Source: the human T2T-CHM13v2.0 reference genome, Homo sapiens
Assembly: GCF_009914755.1 (NCBI RefSeq)
Contig: NC_060940.1
Direction: 5' to 3' (one strand)
DNA length: 64,000 bases
Positions within the stretch are counted from its first letter, which is position 1, and every line of letters begins with the position of its first letter. The notes under the pieces were generated by a model that made no database searches, was not told where the DNA came from, and saw nothing but the letters and a program-made list of their open reading frames with translations. Of this stretch, positions 63,660 through 64,000 are shown piece after piece. The translations under genes were made by a program, and so were the position numbers.

Positions 63660-64000
63660 ATGTTCCGGCCTCAGGTCCAAGTCCGCGAGGATGGGCGGGC
63701 TCCACGTCTGGGGGCGCTGTGAGCAGGGCCAGAGCGAAACCTCAGTCTGAGTTTACGAACTGGGAAGGAGCCTGAACCCCAGAAACACCGTTAACAAAGA
63801 GGGCGAACGCTAGGGAGCCGAGGAGACGTCTCCTTGGCCTCTGGGGAAGGGGCTGGAGGAGCGAGCCAGCTGAGAAGCGGCTTTGCCGGGTGTCCACTAG
63901 CGGTTCGCCAGCCCTCTGTGCGCCCGCAGAGTGACGCAGAGGCCGACACAGTCCCCTCCCCACTCGCCCCTGGGGCGCCGCCGCACCTTGATCACCCCCT
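63660..64000. promoter_or_regulatory. Edge of a CpG island (probable promoter or regulatory region continuing past the window)
   Basis: Roughly 25 CpGs in 340 bp of non-repeat GC-rich sequence; GC box at 63693-63699; TGACGCA at 63932-63938. Confidence 0.75.

Overview
Primate genomic DNA, most likely human or another ape (AluJ/S/Y, L1PA5/7 and THE1 elements). I find no credible host protein-coding exon, RNA gene or CRISPR-like array. The only recognisable protein remnants are broken LINE-1 ORF2 pieces, and the other ORFs are chance frames across Alus, LTRs and microsatellites. About half the window is transposon debris: about 33 Alu pieces, L1PA7 (4 kb), L1PA5, several L1M fragments, L2, MIR, MaLR/ERVL LTRs and hAT/Tigger MERs. 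Between the repeats are unique blocks with homeodomain/TALE-type motifs (candidate enhancers), and the last ~340 bp are the edge of a CpG island. I cannot name the locus and see no evidence of a new gene system. The most unusual signals are repair and retrotransposition scars read directly from the sequence: (1) three short local templated duplications within 21 kb, two inverted and one direct; (2) an L1PA5 with a ~35-bp 3' transduction that has its own AATAAA, inserted into one of those duplicates; (3) an ancient 5'-inverted (twin-primed) L1MA with an intact TSD; (4) two collapsed inverted Alu pairs; (5) a ~0.8-kb TA expansion inside an MLT2B LTR. Subfamily names come from my recall of consensus sequences, not from a database search, and boundaries of old repeats are approximate.
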